Assembly (NCBI GenBank): GCA_018402565.1
Contig: JAGYIQ010000003.1
Location: forward strand, 221,746-261,745
Reading direction: 5' to 3'
Source: Pirellulaceae bacterium
GTDB taxonomy: Bacteria > Planctomycetota > Planctomycetia > Pirellulales > Pirellulaceae
Length of the DNA stretch: 40,000 bases
Part shown: piece after piece, positions 8,480 through 16,521 of the stretch
Layout of the letters: every line of letters starts with the position of its first letter
Position numbering within the stretch: position 1 is the first letter of the stretch
Translations under genes and position numbers: made by a program
The notes under the pieces: generated by a model
What the model saw: the letters and a program-made list of their open reading frames with translations, nothing else
Told to the model about the DNA's origin: nothing
The model's database searches: none

Positions 8480-9142
8480 ATGACTGATTTTGTGGATGCC
8501 GAGCGAGCCGAGAAGCACGCCGCTGAACAGCGATTGGTGGCCGAGATTCGCGGCGGGAGCCAAGCGGCTTGGGGCGACCTGATCGACCGCTACCAGGGCC
8601 GACTGACGGCCTTTGTCGAGAGTCGACTGGCCAATCGTTCGGCGGCCGAGGACATCGTGCAGGAAGCTTTTTTGGGCTTTCTCAGCAGCCTGCCCAATTA
8701 CGACGGGCAGCGGCCACTGGAAGGCTACCTATTTTCGATTTGCAGCTATAAAGTCACCGATTATCTCCGCCGCGAAGGCCGACGACCAACCATCCCGCTC
8801 TCGGGGGGTGATCCCAGCGGCGGGGACTGGGAACTGCCCGGCAGCGATCGCGTCGCCAGCAGCCTGGCGCGGAGCGGCGAACAGAAGCGGATCGAGGAAC
8901 GCTGGGTGGCCGATGCGATCCAGGAGCATGTCCAACGCTGGATGCAAAAGAACAACTGGCTCAAACTCAAGTGCATCGAACTGCTGATCGTCCGCGGTTG
9001 GTCGAATAAAAAGACCGCACAAGCCCTGAACTTGACCGAACAGCAGGTGGCCAACTACAAGTTCGACTTTGTCGCCAGCATGAAAGCCGCGATAAAAAAA
9101 CAGAACGTCGCCCCCGACGCCATCGTGGAACTGGCGGAATAA
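8480..9142 (+). CDS. ECF-type RNA polymerase sigma-70 family factor
   Basis: The sigma-2 region reads DLIDRYQGRLTAFVESRLANRSAAEDIVQEAFLGFLSSLPNYDGQRPLEGYLFSICSYKVTDYLRR. The sigma-4 helix-turn-helix reads LIVRGWSNKKTAQALNLTEQQVANYKFDFV. The linker between the two regions is unusually long. Confidence 0.85.
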   Translation: MTDFVDAERAEKHAAEQRLVAEIRGGSQAAWGDLIDRYQGRLTAFVESRLANRSAAEDIVQEAFLGFLSSLPNYDGQRPLEGYLFSICSYKVTDYLRREGRRPTIPLSGGDPSGGDWELPGSDRVASSLARSGEQKRIEERWVADAIQEHVQRWMQKNNWLKLKCIELLIVRGWSNKKTAQALNLTEQQVANYKFDFVASMKAAIKKQNVAPDAIVELAE

Positions 9143-9525
9143 ACCCGCTTCGCGGCCAAACCATGCCGCTCGCGCGTCCCTCGGCGGACCGATCGCTGAC
9201 GCACTTCGTCCGGCGGGCAGGCTCGCCCCGCCGGAGCGGAAGCTCTTGAATACAGAAAAAAATCCACAATCCACCAAAAATACGGACCTCTACCCCTTGC
9301 CCACACGGCCCACCATCCGGGCTGGTCCCGGTGGAGGCATGACTGACCAGCTACCGGCTACCATCTCCCCCAATAATCAAAAAGAAGGATCGTTGCCCCT
9401 CAGCCACACCGCCTGCAACGCGAATCAGTGGGCGCGGAAGCAGAGTCGTCTCTCATCGGTTGAGGCATCTCACCAAGCGTTGGGCTCGAAAGGGTTTGGG
9501 AGTCTGCATCTCGCGGAACGGGTCT

Positions 9526-9798
9526 CAGGGGACCGCGCACGCCGGCGGCAGTGCGGGTGAATGTCGCTGCGGTGTCTTGTGTGTGTGGAAAGTCGCGTAC
9601 GCATGCGTGCCGCCGCCACGTCTTATCTGGGACCGCACCTGGCGTTGCGGTTAAACACCGCCGCCACGTCTTATCTGAAGGGGACCGCGCACGCCTCTGG
9701 CGTTGCGGTTAAACACCGCCGCCACGTCTTATCTGAAGGGACCGCACACGCCGGCGGCAGTGCGGGTGAACGTCGCTGCCACGTTTTATCTGCAGGGA
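9526..9798. repeat. Intergenic tandem repeat array (48-58 bp units, 3 full and 2 degenerate copies) with hairpin potential
   Basis: Read directly. Units at 9610-9657, 9658-9715 and 9716-9772 each begin ccgccgccacgtcttatctg(aa)gggaccgc(a/g)cac. Degenerate copies lie at 9526-9585 and 9773-9798. There are two tail variants: ctggcgttgcggttaaaca and gccggcggcagtgcgggtgaa(c/t)gtcgctgc. Confidence 0.75.
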
Positions 9799-9817
9799 GT
9801 CGCGGAGGCCGCCGGCC

Positions 9818-12800
9818 TTAGAGGGCCGCGAGCGCCTGGCGGATGACCTCCAACCGCGTTTCGGCCTGGGCCAACGATTGGCGGACTTCGGCCACCACCT
9901 GCTCTGGCGCCCGCTGCACAAAGCTGTCGTTCCCCAGTTTCGCGCGGCGGCCGGCATTGGCTTTGGTCAGCTCCTCCTGCTCCTTCTCCAAACGCTGCCG
10001 TTCGGCAACCTTGTCGATAAAGCCCGTCAAGTCGACAAACACGTCGACACCCTCCAACGACACCACGGCGTTGGGCTGCGGCGGTACGATCTCGGTCCCC
10101 AACTCACGCAACTCCGCGTTGGCCATCGCCCGAAAATAGCCGGCCATCGGTTGCAACAAGCCTTGGACTTGGGCATCGCAACGCAACGAAAACGACAAAC
10201 TGGCCTTCGGCGGTATGTTCTGCCGGTTGCGAATCTCGCGAATTGCCGCCAACACCGCTTGGAAGATCGAGAACTGTTGTTCGCACGGCGCATCGATCCA
10301 AGTCGTCGGCAGTTGTGGCCACGTGGCCGTCATGGCCACGGGACTGGCTGCCCGGGGTGATAGGACTTGGGGTGGCAGGACTTGGGGCGAATCCGCCTTG
10401 GCCAACGAGCCACCAACCGCTTGATCGGCCGACGGGGCTGGGATCAACGACAGCACGGCGTCAAAGCCCCGCTCGGGCGCCACTTGCTGCAGCAACTGCC
10501 AGATCGACTCGGTGACAAACGGCATGGCGGGATGCAGGAGTCGCAACAAGGTATCCAGGGCGGCCGCCAACAGGGCCTGGGCTTGCGGCCGCTGTTCGGG
10601 ATCCTGCAACCGATCTTTGTTGATCTCCAAGTAAAAACTGCAGAAATCATCCCAAGCAAATTGGTACAAGGCCCGGGCCGCTTCAGCAAACTTGAATTGC
10701 TCCAGTCGCTGCGTGACTTCCGTCGAGACGGAGGCCAGACGCGACAGCAACCAGCGATCTTCGACGGGCAACTGCGACAAGTCGATCGGTGTGGGCTGGT
10801 AGCCTTCCAGGTGGATCAGCACAAACCGAGCTGCGTTCCACAGCTTATTGACGAAGTTGCGAGCCACTTCGAAGCGTTCGCTGATGACCGCCCCGCGGGG
10901 CAGGGCCAAGTGCTCAGGCTTCTGGGCCCACTGGGTGGCGAACTCGCCGCTGCACTGCGGGCAGGCGACGGCGGGCAATTCCCGGTTCTTTTTGGTTTGA
11001 TCAAACGAGTGGCCGCAGTGCGGGCATTCGAATTGGACCGGCAAACGAACATCCTGCGTCTCGGTGGCCAACTGGACCATCGAGAACCGCAGCGCATCGG
11101 CACCAAACTTGCCGATGATGTCCAACGGATCGATCCCATTGCCCTTGCTCTTGGACATGGTCTCGCCAAAGCCGTCCAAAATTTTGGGATGGATGTAGAC
11201 ATCGCGGAATGGCACTTGGCCCACGTTGTTCAAGCCTGTCAACACCATCCGCGCGACCCACAGGGTGATAATATCGCGGCTGGTGACCAAGACGTTGGTG
11301 GGATAAAAGTACTGCAGCTCCGGCGTCTGCTCGGGCCAGCCCAGGGTCGAGTGCGGCCACAACGCACTGCTGAACCAAGTATCCAACACATCGGGATCGC
11401 GAACGAAGCCGGCGGTTTCCAAGGCAGTCACCAGCTCGTCCTGGGGGTCCGCCAGACAGACATGCACGGTGGCCAGTGGCAGATTGAGCAGGGCCCGCTG
11501 TTGGGCGTCGGGCTCTTCACAGGGCTCCTCTTGCACGGCCGCGCGACCCTGGGCCGATTTGTCGATACCCAGCGCGAACAGGGACTCGTGAATCTGCTTC
11601 AATTCATGGCGATCCGCGGCGGGCCGAGACCACACGGGAATCTGATGGCCCCACCACAATTGGCGAGATACCGGCCAATCTCGCTTTTCAACCAACCAAT
11701 CCAAGTAACTGCGGGCATACCGCGGCGGGTGGATCTGGACGCGACCATCCTCGACGGCGGCGATCGCATCCTCGGCCAATTGGTCCATCTTGATGAACCA
11801 TTGGTTGGCCAACAGCGGTTCGATCGGGGTCTTGCTGCGATCGGAGTGGGGCAGTTCGATGTCGCGATCTTCGACCCGCTCCAACAGCTCGGCCGCTTCC
11901 AACGCGGCGACGACTTGCTTGCGAGCTTCTTTGATGGTCAGCCCCGCGAAGCGTCCAGCGGTGGCATTCAGCGTGCCGTCGGGATGCATGATATTGATCA
12001 TCTCCAAGCCCGCGCGACGTCCCACTTCGTAGTCGTTGGGGTCGTGGGCGGGTGTGATCTTGACGCAACCGGAGCCCATTTCGGGCTTCGCCCAGACATC
12101 GGCGATCAAAGGAATCGGGCGATCGGCCAAGGGCAGTTGCAACTGCCGTCCCGCCGCAGCCATGTCGGCCAACTGTTTCAAGGCGGCCAAGTGGGTCTGC
12201 CGACGTTGCTCCACGGTCTCTCGTTGGGCCTGGATGTCGACGCGTTCCTTCTCGCTGGCCTTCTCCCAACGCTCGTTCAATTCCGCCAACAACTTGTCGA
12301 AGGCTTGTTCGGGCTGCGGATGCACGGCGACGGCGGTATCGCCCAGCAGCGTCTCCGGGCGCGTGGTGGCGACGACGATGTAGGTCGGCTCGCCCGGTTG
12401 CGGCTCGATGACCGGGTAACGGATATGCCAGAAGTGACCCTTGACCGTTTCATTGAACACTTCGTCGTCGCTGACGGCGGTCTGCAAGAAGGTGTCCCAA
12501 TTGACGAGCTTCTTGCCTCGGTAGATCCAGGCTTGGCGAAACAGGTCGTAGAACGTGGCGAAGACGGCTCGAGCGCAGATCGGATCCAAGGTGAAGCGCG
12601 TGCGAGGCCAGTCGCAGCTGGCGCCGAGACTCTTGAGTTGGCCCAGGATCCGCTGTTCGTATTGGTCCTTCCACTTCCAGATGCGTTCGACCAGGGCTTC
12701 GCGGCCCAAGTCGTGCCGCGTCAGGCCCTCTTCCTCTTTCAGGCGACGTTCCACCACGGCCTGCGTGGCGATACCGGCATGGTCGGTACCAACCATCCAG

Positions 12801-13054
12801 AGGGTGTTGAAGCCCTGCATCCTGCGCCAACGGATCAGGGTGTCCTGCAGCGAGTTATTCAACGCATGGCCCAAGTGCAACGCCCCGGTGACATTGGGCG
12901 GCGGGATGACCATGCTGAACGGCGGCCGTGCCGGGTCGACCTCGGCGTGATAGTCTTGCCGCTGGTCCCACAGCCCGAGTATCGCGGCTTCTTGGGTCGA
13001 AAAATCGTAGCGGTTGGCCAGTTCTTGCGGGTTCAGCGTCTGGCGGGTTTCCAT
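9818..13054 (-). CDS. valS: Valine--tRNA ligase (ValRS)
   Basis: The sequence shows PPPNVTGALHLGHA (HIGH motif), GTDHAGIATQ, TRPETLLGDTAVAVHP, ETMSKSKGN (KMSKS motif), RNFVNKLWNAARF and a C-terminal coiled coil. I place the start at ATG 13054 (METRQTLNPQELANRYDF...) rather than the track start 13108. Confidence 0.95.
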   Translation of the reverse strand: METRQTLNPQELANRYDFSTQEAAILGLWDQRQDYHAEVDPARPPFSMVIPPPNVTGALHLGHALNNSLQDTLIRWRRMQGFNTLWMVGTDHAGIATQAVVERRLKEEEGLTRHDLGREALVERIWKWKDQYEQRILGQLKSLGASCDWPRTRFTLDPICARAVFATFYDLFRQAWIYRGKKLVNWDTFLQTAVSDDEVFNETVKGHFWHIRYPVIEPQPGEPTYIVVATTRPETLLGDTAVAVHPQPEQAFDKLLAELNERWEKASEKERVDIQAQRETVEQRRQTHLAALKQLADMAAAGRQLQLPLADRPIPLIADVWAKPEMGSGCVKITPAHDPNDYEVGRRAGLEMINIMHPDGTLNATAGRFAGLTIKEARKQVVAALEAAELLERVEDRDIELPHSDRSKTPIEPLLANQWFIKMDQLAEDAIAAVEDGRVQIHPPRYARSYLDWLVEKRDWPVSRQLWWGHQIPVWSRPAADRHELKQIHESLFALGIDKSAQGRAAVQEEPCEEPDAQQRALLNLPLATVHVCLADPQDELVTALETAGFVRDPDVLDTWFSSALWPHSTLGWPEQTPELQYFYPTNVLVTSRDIITLWVARMVLTGLNNVGQVPFRDVYIHPKILDGFGETMSKSKGNGIDPLDIIGKFGADALRFSMVQLATETQDVRLPVQFECPHCGHSFDQTKKNRELPAVACPQCSGEFATQWAQKPEHLALPRGAVISERFEVARNFVNKLWNAARFVLIHLEGYQPTPIDLSQLPVEDRWLLSRLASVSTEVTQRLEQFKFAEAARALYQFAWDDFCSFYLEINKDRLQDPEQRPQAQALLAAALDTLLRLLHPAMPFVTESIWQLLQQVAPERGFDAVLSLIPAPSADQAVGGSLAKADSPQVLPPQVLSPRAASPVAMTATWPQLPTTWIDAPCEQQFSIFQAVLAAIREIRNRQNIPPKASLSFSLRCDAQVQGLLQPMAGYFRAMANAELRELGTEIVPPQPNAVVSLEGVDVFVDLTGFIDKVAERQRLEKEQEELTKANAGRRAKLGNDSFVQRAPEQVVAEVRQSLAQAETRLEVIRQALAAL

Positions 13055-13175
13055 CGGGGGCACTCGAGCGGAATGTTGGATTCGGAAGCCGGTGGCACGT
13101 CGCCACAAACGGCGGCTTCATCTTACGGCATAAGTTTTTTTCCAGCTATCGGACTCTGTCACAACCCGTGGCAAC

Positions 13176-13976
13176 TCAGCCGCCGGCCGCCGATGTGTCC
13201 AGTCGCTGCAGCTCGAGTACCGCGGCGTTCAACTCATTGCGGTCCAACTCCCGCAAGTGGTCGTTGTCGGCAAAGCGAAACGGGGCGTCGTCGTAACCGG
13301 GATCCTCGATCGGACGAGAGAAGGTTCCATGGAACTGCCGCAGGCCGCTGGCGTGCAAGGTGGCTAATGACGCAGCGCGAACACCACTGCCAGCGACGAT
13401 GGCCAGCCGCGTTCCCGCCCACTCCTGCATGGCCTGAAGCCGGGTCAAGCCCGCCAACGCTTGTGGCTGTTGGCCTGACGTGAGCAGGCGATCGACGCCC
13501 AGATCGATCAACTGTGCCAACGGGCCTTCCCACTCGGGCAGTAAATCAAAGGCGCGATGAAACACCAAGTCACGCGGGCCACACAAGTCGCGCAGTTCCG
13601 CCATGCGCAGTCCGTCGATCCGTCGTTGCGGATCCAACGGACCGCAGACAACGCCGGCCGCTCCCGCCGCCAGGATGGCTTCCGCATCGTGCAACGCCAC
13701 CCGCCACTGCCGGGCCGAATAACAAAAGCCGCCCGGACGAGGCCGGACCATGACCACCACCGGTATCGCCACCTCGGCCAAGGTCTCGCGGAGCAATCCC
13801 AGCGACGGCGTCAAACCGCCCAACGGCATGCCGCTGTTGAGCTCCAACCGATCGGCCCCGCTTCGCTGGGCCGCAATCGCATCCTCCACATCGGCCACCG
13901 CCACCTCCAACACCGAGCCCGTTGGGGTAGAGGTCCTGGGGGGGAGTTGCCCTGACCGAGCCGCGTCGCCACTCAT
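13176..13976 (-). CDS. cutC: Copper homeostasis protein CutC family
   Basis: LEVAVADVEDAIAAQRSGADRLELNSGMPLGGLTPSLGLL...PVVVMVRPRPGGFCYS...HRAFD matches the CutC TIM-barrel pattern. I prefer ATG 13976, which forms an ATGA overlap with the mnmE stop. The track start 14030 is the alternative. Confidence 0.8.
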   Translation of the reverse strand: MSGDAARSGQLPPRTSTPTGSVLEVAVADVEDAIAAQRSGADRLELNSGMPLGGLTPSLGLLRETLAEVAIPVVVMVRPRPGGFCYSARQWRVALHDAEAILAAGAAGVVCGPLDPQRRIDGLRMAELRDLCGPRDLVFHRAFDLLPEWEGPLAQLIDLGVDRLLTSGQQPQALAGLTRLQAMQEWAGTRLAIVAGSGVRAASLATLHASGLRQFHGTFSRPIEDPGYDDAPFRFADNDHLRELDRNELNAAVLELQRLDTSAAGG

Positions 13977-15568
13977 GTTCGCTGTCCTGGGGAAGTCGGG
14001 TCCAAGCGTTGCCGCCACTCGCGTAGCCATTCATAAACTTGACCGCAGAAGATCACTGCCGCTGGCGGTCGCAGGCCCGGGCCTATCGCGGACTCTGGCT
14101 CAGCTGAGTGCCTCAGCGCGGCGGCTGGCAACACGGCCGAGACCAACGCGGCCACCACAGCGTCCAGCCCCTGGCCCGTCCGCGCAGAGACCGGCCAAAG
14201 GGTGCCAGCCGCCGCGGGCCCCCGCATCTCGGTGGACGGGTACAAGTCGATCTTGTTGAGCAGCACCAACGTTGGGGCGGCCGTGGACAGGGTGTCGGCT
14301 GGCCGGGGCTCGGCTGGCTGGGAGTCTGTGGGCTGGCAGGACACCACACCACCGTCGCGAGTTGACGCGTCGGGCCCAGCCGCCCGGACGGCCAAAATCA
14401 GGTCCGCGTCGGCCGCCGCCAGCGCGATTTTCTGGATCCCCCGAGCTTCCAAGTCATCGGTCGTGGCGCGCCAACCCGCGGAATCGGTCAAGCGAAACTC
14501 CCAACCCGCGATCACCGTCGCCTGCTGGACCAGATCTCGCGTTGTGCCCGGGATCGGGGACACCACGGCACGCTGATAGCCCAGCAAGGCGTTGATCAAG
14601 CTGCTCTTGCCCACGTTCGGCGGCCCGGTGATCAGGACACGGATCGGTCGCTCCAGGTACTGGCCCCAGGACCAGGTGGCCAACAGGTCGTCCAGGCGAG
14701 TCGCCGCGGCGGCTCGATCGGCTGTGGCTGCCACGGCGATCTCCCGCAGTTCCCACAGCAGGGCGCCCCGGAGTTGGTCCCACAGCCACTGGCCCGCGGT
14801 GCCCCCCTGAGATTGGGCCAAGGCGGCGGCCGCCCGCGACTGCAGCCAAAGCAGCGTGGCCTCCAGGTCGGGCTCGGCGGCCGTCCCCTCCGCACCGTGT
14901 ACCGTCGGGCAGCCGGGCAGATCGGCTCGAGCAAAGTCGACCAGCAGGCCCGGCCAGACGCGATCGACCCAATCCGCCGTTGTGCTCACGTGCCACCAAG
15001 CCGGCTCCAGCAACCCCAGCCAGTCGGTGCCACGATCCGCCCAGGTCGCCTCCGCGGTCGCCGCCAACGGCGCAGATTCTTCGCGCGAGCCAGATTCCTC
15101 GTGCGAGCCAGATTCTTCGTGCGGCGCAGATTCCTCGCGCGGGCCAGATTGCTCGTGTGGATCGGACTCCGCGGGCGAGCCAGGCTCATGGGCCAGCGAC
15201 AGCCGCGGGGCTTCCACCACCGCAATCCCCTGCTGCCGGAACGTCTCGCAAAGCGAGCGAGCGACGGCGGGACCGCCATGGGTATGAAGTTCGACCACCT
15301 CGGGTCCGACTCGGCACAGAACCACCTCCTCGGGCCGACGGCTGGCGGGGTCGGCGGCAGGGTGCAGCCAGTGCCCGAACACAATCGCGTTCTGCGGCAA
15401 TTCCCACAACGGCCGGGGTCGCCTGAGTTGCAAATGCTTGGTGGCCACCTCCAAGGCGGGCCGGCCCGACAGACAAAAGACCGCGATGGCCGCCGACTGG
15501 GGCCCGGTCAGGCGCCGGACTTCCCCGGTCGAGGCCCGGGCCGCGGAGCGTTCAAGTGCGGTCGACAT
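13973..15568 (-). CDS. mnmE: tRNA modification GTPase MnmE/TrmE-like (divergent, with an acidic repeat insertion)
   Basis: The N-terminal domain reads IAVFCLSGRPA...EVVELHTHGGPAV. The G domain reads VLITGPPNVGKSSLINALLGYQRAVVSPIPGTTRD...LTDSAGWR...LNKIDL. The middle helical domain is poorly conserved and carries an HEESG-type repeat. The C-terminus reads FCGQ plus about 22 aa, rather than ending in the canonical C(I/L)GK. Confidence 0.7.
   Translation of the reverse strand: MSTALERSAARASTGEVRRLTGPQSAAIAVFCLSGRPALEVATKHLQLRRPRPLWELPQNAIVFGHWLHPAADPASRRPEEVVLCRVGPEVVELHTHGGPAVARSLCETFRQQGIAVVEAPRLSLAHEPGSPAESDPHEQSGPREESAPHEESGSHEESGSREESAPLAATAEATWADRGTDWLGLLEPAWWHVSTTADWVDRVWPGLLVDFARADLPGCPTVHGAEGTAAEPDLEATLLWLQSRAAAALAQSQGGTAGQWLWDQLRGALLWELREIAVAATADRAAAATRLDDLLATWSWGQYLERPIRVLITGPPNVGKSSLINALLGYQRAVVSPIPGTTRDLVQQATVIAGWEFRLTDSAGWRATTDDLEARGIQKIALAAADADLILAVRAAGPDASTRDGGVVSCQPTDSQPAEPRPADTLSTAAPTLVLLNKIDLYPSTEMRGPAAAGTLWPVSARTGQGLDAVVAALVSAVLPAAALRHSAEPESAIGPGLRPPAAVIFCGQVYEWLREWRQRLDPTSPGQRT
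15072..15161. repeat. 18-bp in-frame tandem repeat x5 inside mnmE (encodes HE(E/Q)SG(S/P)(H/R)EES repeats on the minus strand)
   Basis: Read directly: gcagattcttcgcgcgag / ccagattcctcgtgcgag / ccagattcttcgtgcggc / gcagattcctcgcgcggg / ccagattgctcgtgtgga. Confidence 0.8.
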
Positions 15569-16521
15569 CAGCGATGGTCCTCGCCGCCCGACGCTGGATT
15601 CCCGGCACTGTCAGCGGCAGCGGGCGACACGGTGTTGGCGGCCGAAATGTGGCGATCGGCCCATTCCAAGATGGCGCGCAGGAGCAGGTCTGGCTCCCAC
15701 CGCCAATGTGGGGGCAGCAGGGACTGGAACGCTGCGATGCCGCCGCCGGTGAGGATGACTTGGGGTGGCTCCAGCCAAGCGAGGCCGAGCGGGCTGGTCC
15801 CGGTGGCCGGCTGTTCGGCCTGGGTGGTGCGTTGGGCGAATTTCTGCAGGGCCTCGATCGCGGAGCACATCCCGCCCCACTGGCTCCAGAAGAGTCCGGC
15901 CTCGATGGCGGCCTGGGTCGAGGTCCCGGCCGGCAGCGGCAGGGGAGCCTGCAGGTCGATGGCCGTCACGGGCGGCAGGGCGGCCGTGCCCCGCTGGAGC
16001 GAGCGACCCGACACAGCAAATCCGGGATAGATCATGCCGCCCCGGAAGTCGCCGGCAGCATCGACCCAGTCCACCGTCACGGCCGAGCCGGCATCGACCA
16101 CCAGGCTGCCAGTGGCCGTCGGCTCAAAAAACCGCGAGGCGTACCAGGCGACCAGCAAACGATCGACCCCCGTCGCCGCGCGGTTCTGCAATCGATCTCC
16201 CAGCGGCACATCGACCGAGCGAATCTCGTGGCAGCGATCGAGCGGACGCTGCGTGGCCAAGGCCTGCCGCAACGCTGCGGTCGCCGGTGGATTGACGCTG
16301 GAGATCCACCAGTCGCAGGCCGTCTCTGGGTGAGTCTCCCGCAAGAGAGGGGCGAGCGGCGATTGCTGCAGCGCCTCCCACAGCCGGTCTGCCCCGTGCC
16401 GGTCTGTCCCGTGCCGGTCTGTCCCGTGCGACTCGGCTGCCAAGCGATCCCAGGGGACCGCGGCCGAGCCGGTTGGCGCCTTAAAATGGAGTTGACTGTT
16501 GCCGATATCGACCGCGATCAC
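15568..16521 (-). CDS. coaX: Type III pantothenate kinase (CoaX)
   Basis: The protein contains (M)IAVDIGNSQLHF near the N-terminus, LVVDAGSAVTVDWVDAAGDFRGGMIYPG, and GTSTQAAIEAG (the acetate/sugar kinase fold motifs of CoaX). I place the start at GTG 16521, which forms a GTGA overlap with the DUF1501 stop. The track ORF extends to 16752 in a region that overlaps the upstream gene. The stop overlaps the mnmE ATG by 1 nt (TGATG). Confidence 0.75.
   Translation of the reverse strand: MIAVDIGNSQLHFKAPTGSAAVPWDRLAAESHGTDRHGTDRHGADRLWEALQQSPLAPLLRETHPETACDWWISSVNPPATAALRQALATQRPLDRCHEIRSVDVPLGDRLQNRAATGVDRLLVAWYASRFFEPTATGSLVVDAGSAVTVDWVDAAGDFRGGMIYPGFAVSGRSLQRGTAALPPVTAIDLQAPLPLPAGTSTQAAIEAGLFWSQWGGMCSAIEALQKFAQRTTQAEQPATGTSPLGLAWLEPPQVILTGGGIAAFQSLLPPHWRWEPDLLLRAILEWADRHISAANTVSPAAADSAGNPASGGEDHR
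16384..16428. repeat. 15-bp in-frame tandem repeat x3 inside coaX (encodes HG(T/A)DR x3 on the minus strand)
   Basis: Read directly: ccggtctgccccgtg / ccggtctgtcccgtg / ccggtctgtcccgtg. Confidence 0.85.

Noticed and set aside
9246-9560. 104-aa ORF in the sigma/valS intergenic region
   Set aside because: It has no SD, no coupling and no recognisable motif, its composition is atypical, and it runs into the repeat array. I treat it as non-coding.
9526-9798. Possible CRISPR array
   Set aside because: The repeat period is only 48-58 bp. The segments between conserved heads are themselves repeated (two alternating tail types) rather than being unique spacers. There are fewer than four clean units, and no cas genes lie nearby.
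10367-13483. 1038-aa plus-strand ORF
   Set aside because: It lies entirely antisense to valS and cutC. It has no recognisable motifs, its composition is dominated by R, G, L, Q and D, and the valS assignment on the other strand is unambiguous.
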